From positions 1-64,000 of IMG/VR virus record IMGVR_UViG_3300025941_000001: a DNA stretch of 64,000 nucleotides. The stretch is one strand, 5' to 3'. The position numbers were made by a program, and so were the translations under genes. Source of the DNA: a virus. Below, one piece after another: positions 46,192-55,146 of the stretch (its first letter is position 1; each line of letters opens with the position of its first letter). The notes under the pieces are model-generated. The model did not search any database, was not told where the DNA came from, and saw only the letters and a list, made by a program, of their open reading frames with translations.

Positions 46192-47177
46192 TTGCGTCCC
46201 TCATTCTCGGTCCAGTCCGGCATCAGCCCGATCTTCTGCGGCGCGAAGACCGTGTGCTCGGCGTCGGCGGTTCGGTTAGTTGCGCCGTGCGGGCCGTAGT
46301 TGACCCATGAGTTCTGTCCGCGCGTCTCCGATGTCATCGCTTTGCGCGCGAGGTCCGAATACATCGAGGCGTGAGAGCGCCAAGCGTTCTCTTCTCCCTC
46401 GGCGCGAAAACCATTGCCTTCTTTCAAGTGCCCCATCATGTCGTGCACGATGCGGAAAACGTCGTTGACGACCACGTGCCTGCCGTCGATCACTTCGCCG
46501 GTCGGCCGGAGCATCGGGTTCGTCTCGGCCTTGTCGTTGCTCTTGTCGGTCTTGTTGCCGTAGCCGAGGTCCGTGGGAAAGCCCCACCAATGATTGTTCT
46601 CGCTCACATCCATCGCCGCGAGACGCGGCGAGAGCGCATAGGGGTCCTTCTGTCCGGGCTTGACCCACTCGACCTTGAGCCCGGTCTGCTTGATCACGTC
46701 CCACTGAGCGAGCGTCTCTTTCGCCATCGCCTCGTAGCTGGCCTTGACCTCGGGGTTGTTCGGGTCATCCTTCATCTTGTCGTATTCGTCGGCGATCTTC
46801 GCGGCGCGCTCTTTGTCGAGCTTCGCGTACTCGGTCGGCGGCGAGTACGGCATCCCGGCCTTGTCCATGTAGGCCTTCGCCGCGTCGCGGAGCCGACCGA
46901 TGGGACCGGGGACGTACCACTGATCGCCCAGTTGAATAGGCTTTTGCGGCAGTCCGACGAGCGGCTTCGCGCCCGCTGCAACTTTCTCCGCCTGCGCCTG
47001 CGCTTCCTCGGGCGTGCTCGCGCCCGCGTGCGCGGCCGGACCGATGGGTCGCTGTTCCGGCGGGTGCATCGGCTGTTGCGTGACAGCCGCGCTCGCTGCC
47101 GCTACGCCCTTGAGCGGAACGTCTTGCGTGCCGAACTCGCCGTGGTTGTTGCGAGCCTGTGCGGGGTTATATGTCAC
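46188..47177 (-). CDS. Head-region protein with zincin-like HDxxGH...E motif
   Basis: NDVFRIVHDMMGH...GEENAW..H..MYS..A..A..SETRGQNSW; N-terminal YNPAQARNNHGEF. Confidence 0.7.
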   Translation of the reverse strand: MTYNPAQARNNHGEFGTQDVPLKGVAAASAAVTQQPMHPPEQRPIGPAAHAGASTPEEAQAQAEKVAAGAKPLVGLPQKPIQLGDQWYVPGPIGRLRDAAKAYMDKAGMPYSPPTEYAKLDKERAAKIADEYDKMKDDPNNPEVKASYEAMAKETLAQWDVIKQTGLKVEWVKPGQKDPYALSPRLAAMDVSENNHWWGFPTDLGYGNKTDKSNDKAETNPMLRPTGEVIDGRHVVVNDVFRIVHDMMGHLKEGNGFRAEGEENAWRSHASMYSDLARKAMTSETRGQNSWVNYGPHGATNRTADAEHTVFAPQKIGLMPDWTENEGRK

Positions 47178-47418
47178 TGGGCAGATGCTCTCTCAAATGG
47201 CGAAACGCCGCCTTGATGTGATGATGGCGGAGCGCAACGATCTTTTTCGTCAACTCGTCTCGGGTCAGCATGGCATCGCTGACCTTTGTTCGATTGACGC
47301 CCGCCACGTCCATCAAGTTCGTCTCGATGAGGTCGCGAATTTGCGGTTCGCAACCATCAAGGATGTCGATGGCCTCGTGAAAGGTCTTTACGATGTGCGC
47401 TCCGGCCGGATCACTCAT
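47167..47418 (-). CDS. Hypothetical protein
   Basis: ATGA coupling to portal. Confidence 0.6.
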   Translation of the reverse strand: MSDPAGAHIVKTFHEAIDILDGCEPQIRDLIETNLMDVAGVNRTKVSDAMLTRDELTKKIVALRHHHIKAAFRHLREHLPSDI

Positions 47419-49130
47419 GCGCCGCCTTTGGTCTTCCCGGCCGACGCGCCCTTCTTGCCGACCTTGCGCTTCAACGGAACAGGTGACCCACGCGTATGGC
47501 CCTTTGGACTTTGACTGTTCGGTTTGATCGGAACGTTCGAATTGGGAGGCGCAGTCGATGCAGGCCCAGCCGGAGGTGCAGTACCGGCGGGAGGTGCAGT
47601 GGCTCCGGGCGTGCCCGCAGCCGGATCAGAGATAGGGTCGTTGCCCTCATCCAAGAATGTATCATCGGTGACAGACTGTTGGAACGGCCCAACCATCGTG
47701 CCGAGCATCGACGCGGCTTCCTCTTCGATCTGTGCGTTCTCTTCTTCAAAATCCATCTCCGTCATGTCGTTAAGCTTCATCATGCGGTGCATAGAACGAA
47801 GAGACAGGGGCAGGCCCAGTTGCTTCGCTTGCATGAAGGCAAGCAGAGCAGCGCCAGCGACAGTCTGATCGGCGAAGTCGGTCGTCGGTTTGACACTGAC
47901 TTCATCCGGGTCTTCTCCAACCCACTCGGCCGCGTACTTGAGCGCTCGCTCAAGCCCGGCTCCGGCGGCCTTCGCCACGGACGAGATCGTGGTCGTGCGC
48001 GCCGCCAGTCGAATGCGGAGCGCCTCGCCGCTCTGGCCAGTGTCAGTGCCGACATCCAAAAACGCGTTGCCCTCTTGGGCCGCGCGCATCTTGTCGTTCT
48101 CCAGCGATTGACGCATCTCGCCGAGACCGGCGGCCGAAACGCCGATGTACTTCGCGTCGCCGCCGATGCGGAGGTCGATCACGCCCTTGTTGCCGACGCG
48201 CAGAGTGTTGGGCGCGGCTTCATCGACGTTGCCGCCGATGATGACGAGGGTGTTCTGGCCCTGCAAGTAGAGCGTCTGCCGGTAGTCGGCTTCGCCGCGA
48301 TAGATCGCGAGCGACAGGTTCGACAGGCCGAGCAATGGGGAAATCTCGGGCTCGGGCACGAGATCGTTCGCGCCGATGAAGACGAACGGGATTTCGTCGA
48401 GCGTCTTGCCCGCGATGCTAGGATAGATGAAATCCGTGAGTTGCGGCATGTTCGTGTCATTGACCTTTACGGCGACGCCGAACGGCGCGCCCGGGGGCGG
48501 ACGCTCCCATCCGCTATCAAGCTCCGCCTGTCCGCCACGAGTGAGGACGCGGTACTTGCGCTCGGTCTTCCACGTGAAGCCCTCACGCCGATAGCCGCTC
48601 TCGTCGAGCACGACGAGTTCAAGCTCTTGCATGCCTTCGTCCAGTTTCCCCGCGTCCCAGTTGATGATGCGCTCGGGATTGTAGAACGAAATGTAGGGAG
48701 TTGCCTTGTCGGCATCGACGCCCTGCGGCGTATCGACAAGCAGGCCGCAGCGCCCGTAGACGAGTTGCGCGACGTTGATCCTGCGGAGCAACGCTTGCAA
48801 ACCTTCGCCCTGCACGGTCGCCTTCGTCATCATGTCTTCGAGTTTCTTCGGCAGCACGATCTCGGCGGGCTTGTTGTGCATGATGCCGACCATGGCTTTG
48901 ACGGCATCCTTGACCACGTCATGGTAGTAGGCGCGCAACAGATACGCCTCGTAGTCTTTCCAGCCGGGGGAGGTCGGCGTCGTCATCCCGTCCTGCACCA
49001 TGCCCTCGGTCGCCGGGAGATAATCGAGACGCTTCGATTTCACCGCGCGCTCGCCCGCGTAGGTGTCGCTCATCTGTATCCATTCGCCGAGCCGCTCGAC
49101 GTATTCGGGATGCTTGTCCGGGAGTGCCAT
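47415..49130 (-). CDS. Portal protein (DUF4055-type)
   Basis: HPEY...W....D.Y.GE..VK.....YLP, Y.AYL.RA, YGR.GLLVD, E.IINW, IPFVF.G, SGEALRIR. Confidence 0.9.
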   Translation of the reverse strand: MALPDKHPEYVERLGEWIQMSDTYAGERAVKSKRLDYLPATEGMVQDGMTTPTSPGWKDYEAYLLRAYYHDVVKDAVKAMVGIMHNKPAEIVLPKKLEDMMTKATVQGEGLQALLRRINVAQLVYGRCGLLVDTPQGVDADKATPYISFYNPERIINWDAGKLDEGMQELELVVLDESGYRREGFTWKTERKYRVLTRGGQAELDSGWERPPPGAPFGVAVKVNDTNMPQLTDFIYPSIAGKTLDEIPFVFIGANDLVPEPEISPLLGLSNLSLAIYRGEADYRQTLYLQGQNTLVIIGGNVDEAAPNTLRVGNKGVIDLRIGGDAKYIGVSAAGLGEMRQSLENDKMRAAQEGNAFLDVGTDTGQSGEALRIRLAARTTTISSVAKAAGAGLERALKYAAEWVGEDPDEVSVKPTTDFADQTVAGAALLAFMQAKQLGLPLSLRSMHRMMKLNDMTEMDFEEENAQIEEEAASMLGTMVGPFQQSVTDDTFLDEGNDPISDPAAGTPGATAPPAGTAPPAGPASTAPPNSNVPIKPNSQSPKGHTRGSPVPLKRKVGKKGASAGKTKGGA

Positions 49131-49155
49131 GGTTGATCCTATCTGGGGGCGATGC

Positions 49156-49184
49156 GGTCTAGCACCGTTAACCCTGTTTGTAAA
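49156..49184 (-). promoter_or_regulatory. Portal promoter candidate with CtrA-like half-site in spacer
   Basis: (-) TTTACA-aacagggttaacggtgc-TAGACC. Confidence 0.5.
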
Positions 49185-49199
49185 TAGCCCTTGACAGAA

Positions 49200-50795
49200 T
49201 TAAGCGCCTGTGCGTCCGGACTTCATAGTCCGAACCTCGAAGCGGAGCATGTATCGCGTTTCGTCGCCGTTATGATCTTCGCTCTCGTCGTCAACGTCGT
49301 CGATCTTCAACTCGTCACGCGGGAGGACAGGGACGCAACGAAGCCATTGAGGGCATTCGGTGGTGATGAACAGGCCGGGCGTTTCCCGGAAGCCGCCCGG
49401 GGGCCGCTTGGTCGCCTTGAGGGCTTTACGGATTTGCTCCCATCCCTGCTCACGCGAGCCCGCGCCCTTGTCGGCGCGTTCCCAGAAAATGCCGCGATGC
49501 TTGACGCCGTTGATCGTGACCGGCTTCTCGAAGTCGTTCGCGATGGTGACCTCGGAGCCGTTCGTGTTGTCGTCGAAGATTTGCGTGTCGGCCGGGCCGC
49601 GCGAGACGCGGGTCCACGATGCATCGGCTGCGCGCAGGCCCCACTTGATCTCGCGCTCGATGATGCCCTTCGCGATGTCGGGGATGAGCATGCGCGAGCC
49701 TTCGTTCGCGACGCCGCGCCAGCCGTACCATTCCTTGAACCGAAACTTGTCGCCGCGCAGGGTCGAGCGCACGCGTCCATCGCGAAGCTTGAGATCGGTG
49801 CCGTCGCTGACAGCGTACCAGCCGACCGAGAACGGCTTCGACGAACCGTGGTCGTATGCGCGATAGATTTTCCAGCCCGCCGGAATGTCGAACGGCTCCA
49901 TGACGACCGTGTCGCGATATTCATACCAGATGTCGTCGAACATGCCGCCCGCGACGATGTCCCACGACCCATCGAGCCACGCTGCCTTTTCCGATGCGTT
50001 GCGCGCAGCGGCGGCGATACGGCCTTTGTACTCGGGGTCGGCGTGCAAGAGCAATTGGTTCTCGTCGAGATACCCGTGGATGGCGCGACGCGGCGGTTCC
50101 TTGTTGCCCTCGGCGTCAATATCTCCGACGATGAGCGGACCGACGCACGGACGCGTGCCGTTCGGCCCCATCTCGCCGTTGATCGGCAGCCGCCAGCGCG
50201 CCTTGACCCAGTTGTGGCCGACGCCGTATGGGTTCGTCGTCGCACGGATTTTGCGCGGCATGCCCTTGATGGTCGAACGCGAGCACGAGAACATGCTCTT
50301 GTAGCAATCCGGGTTCGGCCAGTTGGTCAACTCTTCCCAACCAATCCACGGATAAGCGTGGCCGTGGTAGTTGTCGTAGTCGCTGCGAACGTTGAAGTGC
50401 GCGAAGTAGAGACGCTCGCCCGTGGGCCACTCCCACATCGTCTTCACTTCGTTGTAAATCGCATCGGGCCAGATGCGCTTGATCCATTTCTTCGACTTCT
50501 CGATGATGTCGCGCAACTGCGGATGGGTCTGACGGAAGAGGATGCCTTTCCATTCCGCGCCGTGGCCTTTACCGATCTCTTGACAGAAATCCATGATGAG
50601 CGCGTCGGTCTTGCCCGGGCCGCGCGTACCCTCGTAGAGAACCTCGACAGTCGGATCAGCGAGAAAGAACGTTTGCGAGCCGGGTTGGGGAGCCCAAGCG
50701 ACTTGCTTCAACACGCCGTTAGCGTCCCGCACATACGGGACGTACTCGCCGTTGATCGACTTGAAAGTCTCGACTGATCCGGTAAGCTCAAACAT
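49200..50795 (-). CDS. terL: Terminase large subunit
   Basis: PQPGSQ..FL, EGTRGPGKT, IGWEELT, RATTNP.GVGH.WVK, RAYDHG, DH..DE.RY. Confidence 0.95.
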   Translation of the reverse strand: MFELTGSVETFKSINGEYVPYVRDANGVLKQVAWAPQPGSQTFFLADPTVEVLYEGTRGPGKTDALIMDFCQEIGKGHGAEWKGILFRQTHPQLRDIIEKSKKWIKRIWPDAIYNEVKTMWEWPTGERLYFAHFNVRSDYDNYHGHAYPWIGWEELTNWPNPDCYKSMFSCSRSTIKGMPRKIRATTNPYGVGHNWVKARWRLPINGEMGPNGTRPCVGPLIVGDIDAEGNKEPPRRAIHGYLDENQLLLHADPEYKGRIAAAARNASEKAAWLDGSWDIVAGGMFDDIWYEYRDTVVMEPFDIPAGWKIYRAYDHGSSKPFSVGWYAVSDGTDLKLRDGRVRSTLRGDKFRFKEWYGWRGVANEGSRMLIPDIAKGIIEREIKWGLRAADASWTRVSRGPADTQIFDDNTNGSEVTIANDFEKPVTINGVKHRGIFWERADKGAGSREQGWEQIRKALKATKRPPGGFRETPGLFITTECPQWLRCVPVLPRDELKIDDVDDESEDHNGDETRYMLRFEVRTMKSGRTGA

Positions 50796-51588
50796 CGTCG
50801 TCGCCGCCCTCTTCGAATGTCACGGTCGGACGCCCGGTCTTGCGGTAGTTGCTCTCGATTTCGTTGAGGTCGGTAGCCGCAATCGTTCGCATCGGGACCA
50901 CGAGCACGCCGCCGCGCACGTTGACATCGACGCTGGCCTTGTTGCCATAGGTCTTCGACATGCGGGTCTTGAGGATGAACATCGCAAGGTCCGGGTCCAT
51001 CTTGTAGACAGTCTCCGGAACGGGAGCGCCGAACTCGTCGGTGAGATAGTTATCCGGGACAAGCTCGGGCAAGCCGAGATCGCGCGCATCCGCGAGCTTC
51101 TTTGGGTCGTACTTGTATTGCACACGTCCCTGATAGACGAGCGTCTCGTCGTAGCCGGTCGCGCGCTTGATCGTCGCAGCCTCGACCTTCTGGACGCCCG
51201 CCTCCATGGCGATGTCCCACGCTTCATGGAAGCGCACGGTGTTGTCGTCGGTGCCATTCTCGTCGTCGTCGCCCATGACGATGTCGAAGCCATCCCCCGG
51301 TGCGCCTTCGAATGATTTCTGGAGCCAATATTTCAACGTCGTGTAGTTGATGCCGAGCCGACGCGCGACATCAGCGCCGACCGGCATTTCGGTCGCGTAG
51401 CTCAGCGCACGGTTGAGGCGTTCGGGGGTGTTCTTGCGGGCTGCGCGATTGACAGGGTAAGATCGCGAGCGCTCTAGGACGGCTTTGCCTGATCGGTCGA
51501 GGGGCACTGCGCCGTCAAGTAGGTTCTCTTCGGGCTCGGCGACCGGGTCGGGGCCAAGCATCTCATCAAGCTCTTTGTCGCCGCTCAT
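50788..51588 (-). CDS. terS: Terminase small subunit
   Basis: HTH (VARRLGINYTTLKYW), F.EAW..A.E.G...VE.....RA.G, D..L.MF.LK.R....YG. Confidence 0.8.
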   Translation of the reverse strand: MSGDKELDEMLGPDPVAEPEENLLDGAVPLDRSGKAVLERSRSYPVNRAARKNTPERLNRALSYATEMPVGADVARRLGINYTTLKYWLQKSFEGAPGDGFDIVMGDDDENGTDDNTVRFHEAWDIAMEAGVQKVEAATIKRATGYDETLVYQGRVQYKYDPKKLADARDLGLPELVPDNYLTDEFGAPVPETVYKMDPDLAMFILKTRMSKTYGNKASVDVNVRGGVLVVPMRTIAATDLNEIESNYRKTGRPTVTFEEGGDDDV

Positions 51589-51660
51589 GCGGTGGTTCCT
51601 CTCAGTATTCACCGCACAAGCGATGGAGCGCGCACATGCGCGCCTCGTCCTATACGGGTT

Positions 51661-51685
51661 CGCGCATAATCTCAGATTATGCGCG
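51661..51685. repeat. Perfect palindrome with 12-bp arms upstream of terS
   Basis: CGCGCATAATCT-C-AGATTATGCGCG. Confidence 0.85.
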
Positions 51686-51704
51686 TTCGCGTATCATTCG
51701 GTCG

Positions 51705-52082
51705 TCAGATTGATCCGTCTTCGAGAATGGACGGATAGAGGCGGGCCGGAAGCGCGCCGTAGTTCATCGCGCAGCCTTTGACAAAGCGCACGACCAAAAT
51801 CATCGGGCTGTCTTCTTTCATGCGATAGAACATGAAGGTCGTATCGTCGGGCAACTTGAAGTCCGCGCCCATATAGTTCTTGGCGAAGTTCTTGGCCTCG
51901 TCGCCCTCGACTTTCTTGAGAGCGATGCCCTGTTTGCCGACCTTGTCTTCGAGCGACTTGGTGACGCTCTCATACGAGAAGCATGTAGCCTCCGCCGGTT
52001 TCGCCGCCGACTTGGGCGGGGTCTTGGCGAAGGCTGGAGTGATGGCGAGCAGCGCAACGAGGGACAACGATGCGAGCTTCAT
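51705..52082 (-). CDS. Secreted hypothetical protein
   Basis: Signal peptide MKLASLSLVALLAITPAFA; GAGGTG RBS. Confidence 0.75.
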   Translation of the reverse strand: MKLASLSLVALLAITPAFAKTPPKSAAKPAEATCFSYESVTKSLEDKVGKQGIALKKVEGDEAKNFAKNYMGADFKLPDDTTFMFYRMKEDSPMILVVRFVKGCAMNYGALPARLYPSILEDGSI

Positions 52083-52085
52083 GGT

Positions 52086-52406
52086 TCACCTCTGATAGTT
52101 GCCGCCCATGGCGCGCTTGGTCGCGGCCCTGACGTTGTTCGTCGGGAAACTGATCTTGCTGTCGCGCGCCTTCATGCCGGGGTGCGTCGTGATCGGCGTC
52201 TGATCGACCTTGCGGGTCTGCCAGTCGCCAGCATCGGCACTCGGGTCCGCCGGGAGACCATAGTCGCGATCCATGCGCGTGCTCTGGCCGGGAAGGTCGC
52301 TCGACGGTCCCTGATAGCCGTTCTGGCCGTAGCCATTCTTGGCCTTCTGCTTGGAACCTATGAGGGCGTCGGAGCCCGCAGCTTGAGCGTCAATTGGGTC
52401 GGTCAT
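52086..52406 (-). CDS. Disordered Gly/Asp/Gln-rich late protein
   Basis: AAGGA RBS; NGYGQNGYQG. Confidence 0.7.
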   Translation of the reverse strand: MTDPIDAQAAGSDALIGSKQKAKNGYGQNGYQGPSSDLPGQSTRMDRDYGLPADPSADAGDWQTRKVDQTPITTHPGMKARDSKISFPTNNVRAATKRAMGGNYQR

Positions 52407-52424
52407 TGGTCAAATCCTTCGGGG

Positions 52425-52769
52425 TTAGCGGCCGAGGTTCGACGCCTCGGTGAGCACAGCATGGCCGAGGTTGCCGTTGACCGACTGGCCGTTGGCGTCC
52501 TTCATGCCCCACTTCGCGGGCGCGTCCGGAAACTTCTTGAGCTTCGGCGACGGGCTCAGCGGGTTCGCCGGGTCCGCGTCGGGGCCGACGCCGGGATTGG
52601 CCGGGCTCACGCCCGCCATCTCAGCGGTGCGGTCGCGCATGCCATACGTGGTCGGGAATTTCGTCTGGGGCCGCTTTGCAGCGCCATCGCGCGCAATGTT
52701 GGTGTTGGTCAGGTCCTTCATGCCTTGCTTGGCAGGGGCCGCAGTGCCGCCGTTCGTCTGATACGCCAT
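52425..52769 (-). CDS. Disordered late protein with three GM(K/R)D repeats
   Basis: AKQGMKDLT, TTYGMRDRT, AKWGMKDAN; GAGGA RBS. Confidence 0.75.
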   Translation of the reverse strand: MAYQTNGGTAAPAKQGMKDLTNTNIARDGAAKRPQTKFPTTYGMRDRTAEMAGVSPANPGVGPDADPANPLSPSPKLKKFPDAPAKWGMKDANGQSVNGNLGHAVLTEASNLGR

Positions 52770-52808
52770 GATGAGGTCCTCGCGTGCGCAGATGTGATTT
52801 CGCCGCCA

Positions 52809-52844
52809 AGCTTACTAGGCTTGACGGCGACAAACAACTAGCAT
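52809..52844 (-). promoter_or_regulatory. CTAG-box late promoter
   Basis: ATGCTAG-TTGTTT-N17-TAAGCT. Confidence 0.6.
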
Positions 52845-52848
52845 GTTC

Positions 52849-53046
52849 TCAGCACGCGCTTATCGGGGATGTCGGCCCCATCGGGCCTGTCGTAGGCGGT
52901 CCGTTCGCTCCCGGAGCCGCTCCCGTGCCCGGGCTGCCCGGAAGGACCGGAGCAGGGTCGCGAAGGGGCGCACGCTGGCTTTTAGGATGGCCATTGGCCA
53001 GCGCTCGCGCCGCGTCGTCGTTGTCAACAGTGATCGGGTTTGCCAT
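52849..53046 (-). CDS. Small Pro/Gly-rich hypothetical protein
   Basis: GGAG RBS. Confidence 0.6.
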   Translation of the reverse strand: MANPITVDNDDAARALANGHPKSQRAPLRDPAPVLPGSPGTGAAPGANGPPTTGPMGPTSPISAC

Positions 53047-53049
53047 CGG

Positions 53050-53499
53050 TTACTCCCCCGTGCCGCCTGTCCGGATTTCTTTTCCATGCTTGACATCCCA
53101 GATGGCGATTTGGTTGTGCTTGCGGCCAGTGTTGACGGCCTCACGCTTGCTTCTGATGTTGTGGGATACGTCGAGATATGTTTTGCCGGTTTCCTTGTCG
53201 GTCCAGCCGCCGATGTGCGCTCGTGGATCACGCAACACGTCGGCGTGCGCGTTGGCATATTGCGAGATGATTTCGTGGCCCTGCGGACCGCTCAGCGCCT
53301 TCTCGGAAACGATTTGCGTGTGGCCGGGTATCGAAACCATAAAGCCGTTCGACGGCATGCGCCCGTTCGTCGGTCGAACCGAGAAGCCGCCGGGGTTGCC
53401 GGTGACAGTCTTGATCACGCTGGGATGGAGCGGGAGCTTGCCGATTTTGGCGACGCCCGAGTTGTGGGCGTTGGAGCCGTGGCCGAGTGCGTCTTTCAT
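53050..53499 (-). CDS. MKDALGHGSN-leader protein 8; possible SAM-lyase/DUF3293-like fold
   Basis: Leader; GGFSV..GFMVS..IGGW.D..G..YLDVS..EAV..G...NQ.AIWD. Confidence 0.8.
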   Translation of the reverse strand: MKDALGHGSNAHNSGVAKIGKLPLHPSVIKTVTGNPGGFSVRPTNGRMPSNGFMVSIPGHTQIVSEKALSGPQGHEIISQYANAHADVLRDPRAHIGGWTDKETGKTYLDVSHNIRSKREAVNTGRKHNQIAIWDVKHGKEIRTGGTGE

Positions 53500-53500
53500 G

Positions 53501-53833
53501 TCAGAGCCATTTCGATTTCTTGATGGGATGTTCGTTGCCTTGGTAACGTTTGCGCGCCTCGCGCTCGTCGATCAGCGAGCGGAGGTGCGCGGTATTGGCG
53601 CGATACTCATCGAAGATCGGATGGCCGGTCATTTGCATGATCTCGTTGCCCTTGACCATGCCGTGACCCATGTCGATGAGCTTGCTGTTGATCTCGCTGC
53701 TCTTCGCCTGCGCCTTCTCATACGCCTTGAGCAGGGCAGCACGCGGCAACTCCGAAATAGGTTTCGGCTTGCGCGGCAACGTCTCGATGCCAGTGTTGTG
53801 CGCGTTGGAGCCGTGACCGAGCGCGTCCTTCAT
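53501..53833 (-). CDS. MKDALGHGSN-leader protein 7
   Basis: MKDALGHGSNAHNTG. Confidence 0.8.
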   Translation of the reverse strand: MKDALGHGSNAHNTGIETLPRKPKPISELPRAALLKAYEKAQAKSSEINSKLIDMGHGMVKGNEIMQMTGHPIFDEYRANTAHLRSLIDEREARKRYQGNEHPIKKSKWL

Positions 53834-54120
53834 TTGAACCCCCGACGAGCGTCGCGATCTGTCTTCATCTCTTTCTTGAAATTCTTGACCATGAACCCAT
53901 TGTGATCTCGGAGCGCGGAGACAGCCCGATCAAGATTGGCCTTCTCCATCCGGTATTCGGTTGAGGTTCTGATGTGCTCCGGCGGCAGCCCCAAGGGGCC
54001 TCTTGGGTACTTATCCATGGCACGAGCATGCTGCTCAACGGTCGCGGTCAGGCCCGCGTTGTGCGCGCGATGGAATGCATAGTCATGGGCATTGCTGCCG
54101 TGGCCGAGAGCGTCCTTCAT
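53830..54120 (-). CDS. MKDALGHGSN-leader protein 6
   Basis: MKDALGHGSNAHDY; YPRGPLGLPPEHIR. Confidence 0.8.
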   Translation of the reverse strand: MKDALGHGSNAHDYAFHRAHNAGLTATVEQHARAMDKYPRGPLGLPPEHIRTSTEYRMEKANLDRAVSALRDHNGFMVKNFKKEMKTDRDARRGFK

Positions 54121-54353
54121 TTGATCCTCACACGCGAGTTGGGATTGTCAACGCGATGAAACTGGGCGATCTTCTCGGCGACAGCGCGACGGCGCGAGCC
54201 GCCGACCTTCTGCCAGATGTTGCCCGAGGTCGTGACCTTCTGCCCGGCCGCCGTGACGCCGTGGAAAGCGATGTGCTTCTCGACCTTGAACTGATGGCGC
54301 GGCGACTTGAAAGCTCCGCGTCCGTTGCTGCCGTGTCCGAGTGGGTCTTTCAT
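54117..54353 (-). CDS. MKDALGHGSN-leader protein 5
   Basis: MKDPLGHGSNGRG. Confidence 0.8.
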   Translation of the reverse strand: MKDPLGHGSNGRGAFKSPRHQFKVEKHIAFHGVTAAGQKVTTSGNIWQKVGGSRRRAVAEKIAQFHRVDNPNSRVRIK

Positions 54354-54589
54354 GGCGTCCTCTTCATGCTGTTATAGCCCCGCTCCCACTCCGCCGCAAG
54401 TGCCCCGTCATTTGGGGTTAACAATTCGTTGTGCGGGTTCTCCGCCGGACGCCCGAGCCGCCGGGCCTCGCGTCCCTTGTAGAAGGCGATCTCCAGCGGG
54501 GACATGGACGGCGTCGGCGTGAACTTCGAATGCGGCACCAAAATGGAAACGCCGACCGAGTGGGTCGGCTTTGGAAATCGTTGGGCCAT
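54350..54589 (-). CDS. Hypothetical protein without leader inside the array
   Basis: AFYKGREA...NPH....W.RGY; coupled on both sides. Confidence 0.65.
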   Translation of the reverse strand: MAQRFPKPTHSVGVSILVPHSKFTPTPSMSPLEIAFYKGREARRLGRPAENPHNELLTPNDGALAAEWERGYNSMKRTP

Positions 54590-55077
54590 TAGCGCCCCTT
54601 GAGCAGCCGGTGGATTGCACTTGCTTCCTTACCGCCGATACGCCGCCCGCTGCGGTTCGACGAAGCAATGGCCTTGTTGACCGCGTCGGGGCTGTAACCA
54701 TGACGACCGAGCGTGCTGTCCGGAGACGGGTTGCTCGGCCGCATGGTCGGGCCTGTGCCCTTCGACGCACCGTAATCGTGCATGCTGTCGTGGATTGGGG
54801 CCGGTGCCGACTTCGGTCCGCTCGCGAGCGAGGCCTTTGCGTCCTGATCGGCGTAGCGCTGCAACTGGAACTGGGCGGTCGCGTGAGCGTCGGCGATGTC
54901 GTCCGTGTGACTGTCGGCCTTCGATTGATAGACGCCGTTGTGGAAAAATTTAACGACCTTCTCGCCCCACTCCGGGTTGTTGTAGACCTTCGCCGAGTGC
55001 GGTCCGTTGACATGCGTCTTGATCAGACGCATTCCCCTCGTGCCCGTGTCGCTGCCGTGGCCCTTTGCGTCCTTCAT
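54589..55077 (-). CDS. MKDALGHGSN-leader protein 4
   Basis: MKDAKGHGSDTG; AKVY.N.EW.E.VVKF..NG...AD.HTDD..DA..TA. Confidence 0.8.
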   Translation of the reverse strand: MKDAKGHGSDTGTRGMRLIKTHVNGPHSAKVYNNPEWGEKVVKFFHNGVYQSKADSHTDDIADAHATAQFQLQRYADQDAKASLASGPKSAPAPIHDSMHDYGASKGTGPTMRPSNPSPDSTLGRHGYSPDAVNKAIASSNRSGRRIGGKEASAIHRLLKGR

Positions 55078-55146
55078 GATCAGTCCTCGTTGTTGAGATC
55101 GCCCGCAGACAACGAGCCATGGTAGCGTGTAGCCGCTGCGCTCTTG

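Noticed and set aside
19590-50777. Long + strand ORFs opposite late genes (e.g. 19590-21410, 29320-30780, 47496-49136, 49191-50777)
   Set aside because: Antisense shadows of high-GC genes that have clear motifs on the - strand; no RBS or recognisable domains
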